A DNA stretch of 63,715 nt, counting the filler, from Dugesia japonica (Eukaryota): assembly GCA_001938525.1 (NCBI GenBank). It is 5 parts of 5 records of this genome, joined end to end, with 100 filler letters (N's around TTAATTAATTAA, not from the genome) between each part and the next. Parts side by side here need not be neighbours in the genome. Positions count along the whole stretch, not along the records: positions 23,443 to 34,390 come from MQRL01635164.1; positions 34,491 to 43,261 come from MQRL01638707.1; 3 more parts are not named here. The stretch is one strand, 5' to 3'. Numbering within the stretch: the stretch's first letter is position 1; the number at the start of each line of letters is the position of its first letter. The position numbers and the translations under genes are program-made. Of this stretch, positions 26,330 through 38,449 are shown piece after piece. Below the pieces are notes generated by a model. The model saw only the letters and a program-made list of their open reading frames with translations, had not been told where the DNA came from and did no database searches.

Positions 26330-26917
26330 ATGGAGAAATTAAGAAATGATGCAGTCTATTAGATTGTTGGGCCTAGTGGTAGCGTGAAAACATTGTTTAT
26401 GTAAATTACTGTAATCAAATTTATCCAAGTTCAAATTTAAAACAATATACTGGCATAGAGGCGCAGATGAAGAGAAAGGACTGAATCTGTAATATTAAAA
26501 TGAAAATCATAAATGGTTTTGATAAAAATTTGAGCAAAAGATTTAGACCAAGTGATGTTATTGTTCTTAATGATTTGTATCAGGAAGCAAATAAAGAAAA
26601 AGATTTCAAATATTTATTAACAAAGACATTGCAATGTGATCGTGATATTCATTACTCAAAATCTATTTCATCATGGAGGTAGACATAGAACCCGCAATTT
26701 AAATGTGCAATATTTGGTTCTATTCAAAGGTCTTAGAGATCAGACTGTTGTTGATTTTCTAGCAAGACAAGTATATCCAAATAACAGACAATTTCTGATT
26801 GAATCATTTCAAAATGCAACAGAAAATCCACATGGATATTTATTTCTTGACTTTACACAACAATGTCAGGATGACTATAGAGTTAGAAGAGATATATTCA
26901 ACCAAAATGGAAAATAA
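26330..26917 (+). pseudogene. Packaging ATPase
   Basis: VGPSGSVKT, VIVLNDL, IFITQNLF..RTRNLNVQYLVLFK..RD..LARQVYP..PHGYLFLD. Confidence 0.88.
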
Positions 26918-27839
26918 ACAAAATAGGTAATTTTGATAATATTATATAAAATGGCAAATTTTAACAAAATTGAAGGTGATTCAGTTACTGATGGTGACGT
27001 TGTGAATCAACGAAAAAAGATGTTTTTGAAGAAACAAACGAAACAATATTATAAGAAAAAATCCCATAAGAAGCAATCCCATAAGAAAACATATGCAAAT
27101 AAGAAATAGTAATTGAATAAGTTTAAAAAACTTGCTAAATGTACTGAAAAGAAACTTGAAATGATGAATGGAAGATGGCTATCATTATAAACAATTCGTT
27201 AATATATATTGTAAGGATTAAAAATTGTAAATCGCAATTTAAAGTTTGAAAAATTTGTTTCAAAAGATTTCAAGAATTTTTTAAAATATTTGTTTAAATA
27301 TCCAGCTTTTAAAAACATAGTTTATTGGAAGATTTGAAGATTTGAAATTTTGTGTTATAAATAAAAAATTTATTGAATTTTCCGAAAGTTTATCAGTAAC
27401 TAAAATATATGTTTATTGAAATAAAAAAATGAAATTAGAAAGAAGTATTCCGTTTTTTACATCATTAAAAAAAATCATCAAGATTTTCTTAGATGAAAAT
27501 TTTGCAATCATTTCCATCGTATGTTATACATCATTTAATGAGATTATTGTATATTTTGTTCGTGGTAATGTAAATTTTAGTGAAGCTGAAAAAAGTATAG
27601 AAAAAACAAAAGACATTATTAACGCTTGCAAATACAAAAAATAGAAAATTGATGAGACGAGTAATAATGAAAAATCAAAGAGTTGGTTTTATAGCAGCAT
27701 TACTTCCAATTGCACTAGCAGCATTAGGATTAACTCATTGTAAATAAACAATGTTATATTTATAACAATATTTAAATAAACAATGAGTGGATTGCAATCA
27801 TTACATAATTTTGACCTGAAAATTGCATGGAATTGTTTT

Positions 27840-28300
27840 AATGGGAAAACTTAAACACAACATGGACAGATCCCAAAATCTCAGCAGGTTTTTGAAGCGT
27901 AGACAAATTGATAAAAGCAGCACAACAAGAGCATATAAAAACATGATATTGGTGATTTATGGCAAATGGATCTAATGGAGATGATTCCATATTCAAAAGT
28001 TGATAAAAGGTACAAGTATATTTTGACATGCATAGATGTATTTAGTAGATTTGCAAGAGCTGTTCCAGTCAAATCAAAATCTGCTAATAATATAGAACCA
28101 GCAATCAAGTCAATGTTTAAAAATGCACATCCAGATAATTTACAAACGGATTTAGGTAAGGAATACTACAATTCTTATGTAAGACAGCTTTAAGATCATC
28201 TAAAAATAAGCCATTATAGTGTATTCTCACAATATAAAGCTGCAAATGTAGAGAGATTTAATCGTACATTGAGAGATGCATTGAAAACGTTCTTGGCATG
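27840..28300 (+). pseudogene. Polinton integrase, internally deleted and 3' truncated
   Basis: WQMDL, ILTCIDVFSRFA, LQTDLGKEYYN, VERFNRTL. Confidence 0.9.
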
Positions 28301-28360
28301 GATATGAATAACCAAGTTGAATATTAGCAACATAAATAGTCAATCAAGAAGAAAATTCAG

Positions 28361-29394
28361 ATGAAATCGAGTAATTTCTATACACTTTTACCAAGTAATG
28401 GCTGTCCACTTATTCATCCAGAAAATAATGCTAATAAATTCATTGTTGATATTCAAAATCCAATTTATATGTAATGTAGTTGGGAAGTAGCATTGTTAGA
28501 TTTAACCTTTGTATATCAAACATTTCCTTTATGTAGCTATTCTAAAATTCAATACATGTCATCTAAAAATATAGTAAATGAAATAACTGTTACACTTAAT
28601 AACAAAACAAACGTCGTGACTGTCAAGAAAAATGACAATGCCTTTATATCTTTCAGAGGATATTTAACTCTCTGTTGTGAATATCCATATGTACTCACAT
28701 TTGAACATGAGAAATTCGCACATAAATTTGGATTCAAATATAAATCTAACGGCATGGATAAAGGATGGCTTTCTATTATGTATTCATTATTTAAAAAGGA
28801 TTTTTCATTATAAAATGTAAAAACTATAATAGCCGATTCTAAAGTAACTTATCATACTGTACAGTTAAAAGATGAATTATACTTAACAGAAATAGAGCAA
28901 CTAAGTAAAATGTTAACAGAAAGCGGATCTGATCTATTTAATACAATTTTTTTAAAGCAAATAATCTATTTCAATTCTTTCTGAAAGATAATATCAAAAC
29001 GGTTACATTCGATAAAGTCTTGTCAATAACATTGGGCTTAGAAAAAGATCATTATTAACTTGCAGATATGAAGAATGGTGTAATACAAGGTGTGATAAAT
29101 CCAAAAATCATTAAGTTACATCAGCAAGTGTTCATCTATAGTAGTCTTGTTGAACCTATAATTGTAGAAGATGTTAGTGTACCTTTGTTGAAATCAGTAT
29201 GGATAGAAAAGCATGAAACTGATGAAGTAGTACAAATAATAGTTGATAATCCAATGTATTTACCTATTGCAACATCATGTACAAACAATATAGAAATTAA
29301 TATACGCGATGATAACGGAAAATTAATCAAGTCTGCAAAAGATTCAAAAACCCATTCAACTTTACATTTTAGAAAACTAAATAATGAATCCTGA
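28361..29394 (+). pseudogene. Minor capsid protein (penton)
   Basis: FYTLLPSN..HPENN..F..WEVALLDL at the N-terminus; FIYSSLVEP..PLLK..NPMYLP..IEINIRDDNG..TLHFRK at the C-terminus. Confidence 0.85.
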
Positions 29395-30311
29395 TATTTT
29401 TCCAATGTATAGTACTAGTGAAGCAGGTGGAGAATTTATCTTATCTTCACAAAGCATTAATGGAAACTATAATAAATTATAATGGTGATAGTAAAAATAT
29501 ATGTCTTGCAGCAATAAAATATGGATCAGAAGCAGATAGAAAATGTTTATTGCAAAATCAAAACAATTGGCAACTCGATTTCTTGTATCAACCGAAATAC
29601 CTTATTCCTGGTATCAATGTTCATATTCGATTGAAACGATCACCTGCTAAGATTTGTTTGGAATCTGCAGCTAATGAACGAAGACATGTATTACTAGATG
29701 CAAAATTAATGTTTAGACGTGTACCCGTTGTACCTTCAGTACTAGTTGCTCATCAATGGGGTCTAAAAAAGCAAAATGCTGTTTACCCAATAATAACCAA
29801 AGAAGTTGTTGCATTTGTAATTAGTAAAGATAGTTCATCCTTTTAAAAGAAACAAATCTTTGGTGATCGTCAATTACCTAGCTTTATTTTGGTTACATTT
29901 CAAAGTGGTGAACAATTTAATGGTAGTTATAAAAGCTTGAATTCAACATTTCAAAATCTAGATGCTGTTTCTGTTTCATTGACGAAAAATACTAATTATC
30001 AAGAAATATATACTCAAGATTTTACAAATGATAATTATACCACAACATATATGCAATCTATAGTACAAAATATGGGATATTTGAATAAGAATATGAATTT
30101 TGGAATATCCCTTCAAGAACGTAAGGCTAATTATCCCTTCTTTACATTTGTTCTTGCTCCAGATAAAAATCAGATTCAATTACCTCAACAAGGAAATTTG
30201 AGATTGGATATCAAGTTTGCCAGAGCTTTAACAACATCGGCATATGTTGTTATTTATGGAGTATTTGAAAAAGAAATTCAGATTAAAGAAAACCAAACAG
30301 TATTAGTGTGA
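29384..30311 (+). pseudogene. Major capsid protein, internally deleted
   Basis: KALMETIINY, DFLYQPKYLIPG..IRLKRS, LPSFILVTF..FNGSY, GNLRLDIKFA..VVIYGVFE..IQI. Confidence 0.85.
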
Positions 30312-30379
30312 ACAATATGTTGTGTAATTGGTAAATGTTATGAAGTTATGGTTATTATATTAATGATTTTTATTTTAAT

Positions 30380-30718
30380 AGTAATATTCAGATTGATCGG
30401 ATTGCATCTAAATGTCTTGGACCAGCATGGTTAGATGTTTATGCGTTAGATAAACTTCCAAAATATATTCCTGTAAACAATGCCTTATATGTCAATGCTC
30501 ATACATCAAATCTACCTAAGGAACATTGGGTAGTTGTTTACAATATACAAGCTAAAATACTAGTATTTGATCCATTGGGATTTTATTATCCGTCAATGTT
30601 GTTGTCACATTTATCAAAATTAACAAAACCAATTATGTACAACAAAATTCGTTATCAAAATCCATTTAAAACCACTTGTGGTCAACACTGTTTATTATGG
30701 TTGAAAAAACAAAGTTAA
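30380..30718 (+). pseudogene. Adenain-like protease
   Basis: VYALDKLP..VNAHTSNLPKEHWVVV..FDPLG..YQNP..TCGQHC. Confidence 0.85.
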
Positions 30719-31682
30719 AATTGAAACATTTATTTGTTATACAAATAATATATTTTTCTTATTGAAAATTTTTTCGTTGATTTATTTAAATAAAACAATA
30801 CCAATTAATAACACTTAATTTATAAAATACATACTTCAACTTAACTGTACTCATTTTGTTATTTAAGAAATAATTTTTTATATTTAAAATAAGTGTTTTC
30901 GTATGTAATTATTTATTATTTTGAGACGATTTATTATCAAAATTAACAAATTTTATTTAAAATACCACAACGTAATATATCTGTAATATTTCAAATTAAA
31001 TTTTAAATATTTCAGACAAATTATGTTGTGGTATTTTAAATCAAATTTGTAAAATTCTAATTATAACACTTGATAAACCATGATAAATTAGTAATTACTT
31101 ATCACAATTAAAAAAATATTAATCTAATAGAGTGAATTTTGACGGAGGTTAAAAAGTAAATTAATTTCTTTTTATTTTTTTATTATTAATTTGTTATATT
31201 TAGATGAATAACAATTTATATAAACAATGTGGAAGAAATTTCAATTCATCCGCGAATAATGTAAATTTATTATTAATAACTATTTAATTAATTTTCTTTA
31301 TAACATTTTAACAATGGAAAATGAATCACGAGGAGACAATGGATCGAATGTAGATTCGCTTTAGTTTTCTTTTCATTTTTTATGAAGTAAAATAATACAT
31401 TTTTTAAATAATATTTTAAAAAACATTTTAAAAATAATGTAAGAAATATATTATGAAGAAGATATTCAGAAGATATTAAGAAGATATTAAGAAGATATGT
31501 TTTTTTTATCTAATTTGATTTAAAAAATTCTATTCTTATGAAGAAAACATTTATGCTTAATTAAAGAAAACATCTATGAATTTCTATAAAGAAAACAATA
31601 TGGTTTATGAATATTTCGAAAAAAAGATCTATGCTTTGCAAAAGGTTCTACCCTAATGAAGTTTTTAATAAAAAGTTCCACT

Positions 31683-32640
31683 GTAAGATGATGAATAGTG
31701 GGAGTCTGCACCACGCACAAATTCAGTAATCCCCCCACCCGGTGACATAATCGGATTATTACATAAGTGTTTTTGTATTTTTCCAATGTAAATTGGCGGC
31801 GTCACACATTTGTGTGCATTACATAATGTAATTAATTTCGTCGCGATATTTTTACATAATTTGGGGTAATTTTTCCCTGTGTATTTAGTTGGTAAAGTTT
31901 TCTAGGCTTTTTAAGCAGCAATATTTTTTCAGGCTTTTAAGGTGGGGAAAATTTTTTATGGGAATTTTTTTTAGGAATCCTTGCAAACCGTTCATGTTGT
32001 TTAAATAATATGAAAATTTAAAAAATTGTTAAATCAATTTTTTATGGGAATTCGGAGCATCAAAAATTTTAAAAATAATTTTTTCAATTTTTTTAACATA
32101 TAGTTATTTTTCGAATATATCGACTTAGAATTTTACGGCGATCATGTTTGGTTTTCCCAGTATTTTGCACAGGATTTTTTCGAAAAAATAATTTCTTCTC
32201 AAAATAGGTCAAGAAACTGTCTATTCGATAGAGAATTATTCGCTGATTCCAAATATGTTGACCTAAAATCGTCAAATTTAATACTTGATTAAATAAATGA
32301 AGTTTTGTGGTGAAAAAATCTCAAAACTCAGAGTCTGGTGCTCAGACCTCTGTGCACAGATAACAGATATCGACTCAAATTTGGTATCATTTTACTCAGG
32401 ATTAAAAAGAGACAGCACAAAGTTAAAATATCGTCTCGGAAAAAATGCTTCCAAATGAATATGTACAGCCACTCTCCCGGAGTTGATAACATTTTTCGAA
32501 AATATCAAAAGTACCTAAAAATTTATCGAAATTTATACTATTCGACAGTAAATTTACGATAAGTACAAATAACACGGTTAAAAATCAAAAAACCTTATAC
32601 ATAAAAAGTTATAGAGAAACAAGTACTTTATTTTGGAATT
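31683..32640 (+). repeat. Dispersed non-coding repeat family X (candidate Polinton TIR)
   Basis: Long similarity with 59130-59850 and 54396-54740 (e.g. TTACATAATGTAATTAAT-TCGTCGCGA and AAAGTTAAAATATCGTCTC). Confidence 0.65.
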
Positions 32641-32914
32641 CCTAGTATTATTAAAAATAATAAAAACACTATAAAAACTAAATAATTAGATAAAGTCATT
32701 TTTCAAAGTAAAGATTTATTNNNNNNNNNNNNNNNNNNNNNNNNNNNNNNNNNNNNNNNNNNNNNNNNNNAAAAACACTATAAAAACTAAATAATTAGAT
32801 AAAGTCATTTTTCAAAGTAAAGATTTATTTAATAAAAATCTGATTATTCTGTTTGTTGTTTGATTATTGTACTGTTTGAAAATACGGAAAAAATTAATTA
32901 ATTAATTCCTTTAA

Positions 32915-33037
32915 ATTTCATTAAAATAAGATAAGGCTTCGATCAAGCTTTTGATCGAAGCCTTATCTTATTTTAATGAAATCTCAAATCCGATCAATGG
33001 TTAAGTCCAACAATTATTCTCACAATAATTGTAATTA
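32915..33037 (+). repeat. Penelope pLTR fragment with perfect 32-bp inverted arm
   Basis: Arms 32915-32946 and 32951-32982. The motif recurs at 23678, 24481 and 57870-58630. Confidence 0.65.
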
Positions 33038-33089
33038 AAAAATCCTTTAAATTTAATAAATAAAAACTCGGAAATGCTTAATATGGTTA

Positions 33090-33810
33090 ATATTTGGAAG
33101 ATTTAGTCTATTATTTACTTGGTTTGTGTAATTGTGATCAATTATTTCCACACAAAGGTAGGTTTTAGGGAATTTGGTCAATTATTTCCTCGGAATTGGG
33201 TATTGTTGGTCAATTATCTACTCAGTATGGACATACTTGGTCAATTATTTGCTCACAAGGATTTTTTTAGGCGAATTCAGTCAATTATTTACTTGGTAAT
33301 AGTCAGTTTGGGTAATTTTAGGGCAAATCGGTAAATTATTTTCTCGGGAATGATTAACTTCGTTAATTTTTGGAAGATTTAGTCTATTGTTTACTTGATT
33401 TAGGTAATATTAATCAATTATATTCACGGTTTGGGTATTGTTGGTCAATTATTTACTCAGTATAGGTAAACTTGATAAATTATTTGCTTACAAGGGTATT
33501 TTATAAGTAAATTTGGTCAATTATTTCGTTGGTAATGGTCAGTTTGGGTAACGTTTAGAGGAAATTGTTTAATTATTTACTCTGATTTAGTCAATTTGTG
33601 CTAGTTTTGAACGATTTTGTGAATTATTTACTCACAGTGACAAGATTTTAGTTGAAAGTGGTCAGATTTTGGTTGATAGTGATCAGAAATTGGTTGATAG
33701 TCCTCAGACCTTGGATGGTTATGGTCAATTATTTATTAACAAGGGTAATTTTTCGATGATTTGGTTTAATAATTTTATTGATAAGAGTAATTTGGCCAAT
33801 TATTTCATTT
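33090..33810. repeat. Array of degenerate GGTCAATTATTT units, including a ~275-bp duplication
   Basis: The motif recurs about every 30 bp; 33093-33340 resembles 33369-33580; related inverted units at 55260-55440. Confidence 0.7.
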
Positions 33811-35621
33811 AAATTAGTTAATCTCATATGATAAAATAAAAATCATTCATCATTACATCACTACATTAAAGATTAGTTAACCTTAATTAATAAAATGTTA
33901 ATAAATTTTATGTTTTAGAAAAAACTTTAATGTTGATTGAAAATTTCATCAAAGAAGTTGATAAAAGTTAATTAGTAGCAATTATTGCTTATTTTTAGTA
34001 TATTCAGCCAGTTTTCAATGATTTTAGTTGAAAAAGTTTCTCAATAAGATCAAATTGGATCAATTTTCAGTCAATTTTGGCCTATTTGTTAAAGAATTGT
34101 CTAATATTGATCTATTTGCTAAGGAATTTCATTAGTCAAATTTAAATTTTCAACAATTAATTAGTGGCTCCCATTAAATTTTAACATTTATAGTTATAAG
34201 ATGATAAATTAATTATAAATTAATTAATAGACGATAAATTATTCTCATCCATTGAATTTCAATAATAGTTTGCTTTTCTTTCCATCTCATTACATTACCT
34301 CATCCGGTTAGTACAATCGAGCAATTATTCCGACTGTTCACATCTAGTCTCAAATTGTTAACGCTCAAGACCGTTAGCTTCCAATCGAGTNNNNNNNNNN
34401 NNNNNNNNNNNNNNNNNNNNNNNNNNNNNNNNNNTTAATTAATTAANNNNNNNNNNNNNNNNNNNNNNNNNNNNNNNNNNNNNNNNNNNNTTCAATTCTA
34501 AGACGATTAATACCAAATTCGAAATTACACGATAAAAATTGACCGAAAAAATTGGTTTCGAAAAGTTGAATTTTCGACCTTCCCGAGCTAAAATTCAACC
34601 GTTCCATCTCGAATTCGAAAATTTTTTTCACGTATTCGTAACGATCAATCAAAATTCTTTCATACTGGCACTTCAATTACTAGCACGATCGACGGCGGGG
34701 GAGGGGGGTCGATGCCAGTGCGCTCATATCTATCTACTTGTCTAACACCACGATTTATAGGGAAAGGTCCAATTTTTCTGTTTTACACTTCCGATACATT
34801 TCATTGATGATATTTAGAGATTTATTTTGGAGGCCATGCCTTTGAAAAATTCCTTTGGCAAATTCTAATGGAACACTACCGAAATCGTCAGCAATATCAA
34901 TAAAACAGATATGAAGATCTGAATTATTTCTAAGATCAATATTGTCAGTTTTGATTCTTTTCGTGGATTGGATTGGTTCTATAAAGATATCAAATAGAGT
35001 CGAAATGTCATCATTTTCGTATTTTTTTAATTAAATAAGAAAGAGATTAGCTAATTCGACGCTTTTTTGAGCTTCGTTCTTTGATAGTCATGTTTCTTTC
35101 TGCTTTTTTGCAGAGATGTTGGATAAATCGTAAATTGATATTTTTTAATACTGTATTTCTCTCTTTTCTTTTCTTGATTTTGGAGTTTCGTTTTCAGTTA
35201 TTAATATTTCAATATTATCGGATGTTGATGGTATTTGCCTTTGAATTGTTTCAGGAATAATTAATTTGGCTATTTTAGCGATGGCCTCTGGCTCATTTTC
35301 TGATAGTTTTTCATCACTTCTTTTATAGATATTATAGATATTATTTTACTTCCAAATCATTATAGAAGTACACACAAGGATTATAAGCAGTCATTACAAT
35401 ATCGTTTAGATGACAGAAGATAACTTGTTTTGATTTTCAATATGGATCCAAGCATATCTCTTCTCAGGATTTGCTCTGATGATTATGTCAAACTTCCAGT
35501 TGTTATCTGTTACGTATTTAGACAGAAATTCTCTCTTTTTCATTTCATATTTAGCTTGATTTGCTTCATTTTTCCTTAGTTTTTCATTTAGTTTTTCTGC
35601 AATTTGTCGATCTTTTTCAAT

Positions 35622-35750
35622 TTGCAATATGAACTAAAATTTTTGTAGAAATAAAATTTAGTAGAATTACCCTATTAATCTTGATTTGATAATTTTTATT
35701 GTTAGTTTAGGTCTTTTTATGCTCTAATTATGCCTGTTAAATAAATCGTT
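35622..35750. repeat. 129-bp direct repeat, copy 1 (copy 2 at 37666-37794)
   Basis: Ungapped alignment with 10 mismatches; brackets the REL retrotransposon exactly. Confidence 0.9.
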
Positions 35751-37665
35751 TACAAAAAATTTAAGCTTTATTTATCAATAAAACAGGATGACTAGGCCGT
35801 GCATTAAGTCCAAGTAGGTATAAACGAATCAATAACCTTAACATTTTTCTTTTAGCAATTTAACTTTTTCTAACAGCCAAGTTCTAACAAACTTAGCTCA
35901 AACATCATGGAAGAAGAGTACAATCAATTGTATTGTATCCGGCTTAGTTGATCATATGATCCAAAAAATACGATTACTGGTTTTGATGACTTTTTCTATA
36001 AGACCCTGTGCGATGTGCTTAATTTCTCTGTTTTTGAGTCCAATTGCTTTGAGAGCTCTTTGATTGGCTGGATCCCATGATCCCAGGGTATCAAGAATTA
36101 TTGCATCGAGTGTAACCTTCTTGTGTTACTTGGCCCCAAGATCCTTTCAAACTTGCTCATATATAATTTTGTTGTCTATTCTAACTTTCTTGAAGCCTTC
36201 AATAGAATCATAGGGTACTTTGACGTCCAAAATGTGAACCTTGTTGTTCCTATTGCTAGTAATAATCAGATCCGGCTTCAACTTGGTTTTAAGGCCTTAG
36301 AGTGAGCAATCATACTGTACGTTAAAGTCCCATTTCCTGAATATTGAGGCCGTCTTCTCCAAAATTCTGTTGTGTTTGTTGTATTTCTGATTTTCATGGC
36401 TGGACAGTGATTAAAGATGTGCGTCTGTGTTTCAGCATGAGTACCACACTGCCTGCAATGAGTAGGCATATTCATTTTGAGCGTGAAAGGGTTGTAGTTG
36501 GTTCTGAGAAGGTTATTTTTTGCTCAGACCATGAATAAAAACCCTCTCTGAGACATTGATTTTTTCATGAATTTACTACTATAGTCAGAAGCAGCCATTT
36601 TATTTGCGATGAGACCTTATGATCAGCATAAGCAAGGATGGTTGCATTGAAACCAGAGTTTATAAAAGGGAATTTTGTTGCAGTATTCTTGATTATGAAA
36701 TCAAAAGTAAGGCTGAATAGAGTCATTGACATAGAACATCCTTACTTTACACTTTTATGAATTGCGATATTGTCAGTGTTGATGTCGAGACAGCTGTAGC
36801 TAGTATATACATCAGTATATAGATCTCTGAGAAGATGAATAGTATCACAGTGGAGACCCATTTTCTTCAGAGTATTCCATAGTAATTCAAGAGGAAGACT
36901 TCCAAAAGCATCAGCAAGATCTAATCAAGTCAAATGAAGATTTGTCTTTTCTCTTTCTGCTTTTTCCTTGATTATTTGGATAGTAGCGTTGTGTTGTGAG
37001 CAGCCATNNNNNNNNNNNNNNNNNNNNNNNNNNNNNNNNNNNNNNNNNNNNNNNNNNNNNNNNNNNNNNNNNNNNNNNNNNNNNNNNNNNNNNNNNNNNN
37101 NNNNNNNNNNNNNNNNNNNNNNNNNNNNNNNNNNNGAATCGTCTTCCTTTCCAGGTTTGAGTATAGGAGAAGTGTAGAATCTTTTCCATTGGTTTAAGAA
37201 TTTTTTTGTTTAAGAACTTTGTTAAAGAGTTCTTTAAGGAAACAATAACTATCGTCTAGTTTGGCCAAGTCTGAGTAGCTGATCTTGTCAAGACCAGAAG
37301 AAGATTTGTTAGCACAGCTAAAAGCATATTCAATTTCTTGAATAGTGATTTCGTTGTTGGTGTGGAAATCTTTAGAAGCAGGCAGTATATGATTTTTAAG
37401 CAGATTAAAGTCGAGATCTTTTGGTATAATCTGAGTAAATTCTTTGATGATGTATTCTTTAGTAGGTTAGTCGTTACAAGACCCTTTGCCGCGAATATAG
37501 ATTAGAAGCAGAAGCTTCGCACTCCCAAGAGCGCCTCTGGAAGCACCTGCTCGAATCGCTCGCCGACGTTATCCGGTGGAGCTGCGTAAGCACATACTTT
37601 TGGCGCCACTCATGATTGATAAATCAACGCAGACCCCTCGTTCTTGACACGGTGGCGGCCTTCTG
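35751..37665 (-). mobile_element. R2/NeSL-type non-LTR retrotransposon with restriction-like endonuclease, internally deleted
   Basis: RT remnants SSGLDKI, LDLADAFGS, LAYADH; CRQCG..ETQTHIFNHC knuckle; KPDLII..ILDVKVPY; LGSW; 3' AATAAA; GC-rich 5' leader. Confidence 0.88.
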
Positions 37666-38449
37666 TTGCAACACGAACTAAAACTTTTGTAGAAATAAAA
37701 TTTAATAGAATTACCCTCTTAATCTGGATTTGATCATTTTTATTATTAGTTTTGGTCTTTTTATGCTCTAATTATGCATGTTAAATAAATCGTTCATTTC
37801 TGTTTAGTGTAAAAAATAAAGCTTCCAAATAGTCCACGCTGCAGTCAGAAAATTATTCAAAAATTTTTATTGGAACAACATTTTCCAAAAGATGCGAACG
37901 GTAGCTATTGCGCCTAAAAAAGCGTAATCGCCTCATAAAAAGTGTAGATAGTAAACAAAAGGCAAGATGAGCTAGCAAACCGGGTGAAACAGAACCTCAC
38001 CCATAAAATCGATTTCCAAAAAAGATATATCGCGGACCTGTTCACCCCCTTAGAGCTCAAAAATCGGGTCCGGTGGAACAATCATGATGACGAGGCCACA
38101 TTCAACTTTTCGTATGACGAGCCAGCTCAGTGGCTTGACCCTGAGGCTCTAAACTTTATGTAGATAAAAAATGTTCGTAAAAAAAATTTATCTTACCAAT
38201 TCATTGTTAAACTTTTGAGTCAGTTAAATTTAATTGGGGAAATCTTGAACCCGAATCAAAGGTGTACAAGTTTGAACTCCAAGTAAGTGTTGGGAGTCAA
38301 TCATTTTGCACTGAAAACCTAAAATGAGCCTTTAGGTAAATTCTTCAAAGGGTCCCCCGAGGGCTGACTTTCCCCTCAGCCATAAATTTCTACACTTAAC
38401 TCAGGTGGAACCCCAACACTACTATAGGTGAACCTTTGGTGATGTAAGT

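Larger units (their letters stand above)
26330..30718 (+). mobile_element. Polinton/Maverick provirus 2 (different group from provirus 1), morphogenetic block only
   Basis: Gene order ATPase, small ORFs, integrase, penton, MCP, protease. No pPolB or termini seen. Confidence 0.88.

Noticed and set aside
32660-32830. Exact ~60-bp direct repeat
   Set aside because: Flanks an N gap; unmerged contig overlap.
33090-33810. CRISPR-like spacing of GGTCAATTATTT units
   Set aside because: Repeats are short and degenerate, spacers resemble each other, there are no cas genes, and the context is eukaryotic.
34740-35627. Possible host gene at the REL element target
   Set aside because: Broken frames and no recognisable domain.
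38000-38300. Possible capsid-protein N-terminus (FNF..WLDP..SKLYV..FESVK)
   Set aside because: Needs several frameshifts; not distinguishable from chance by eye.
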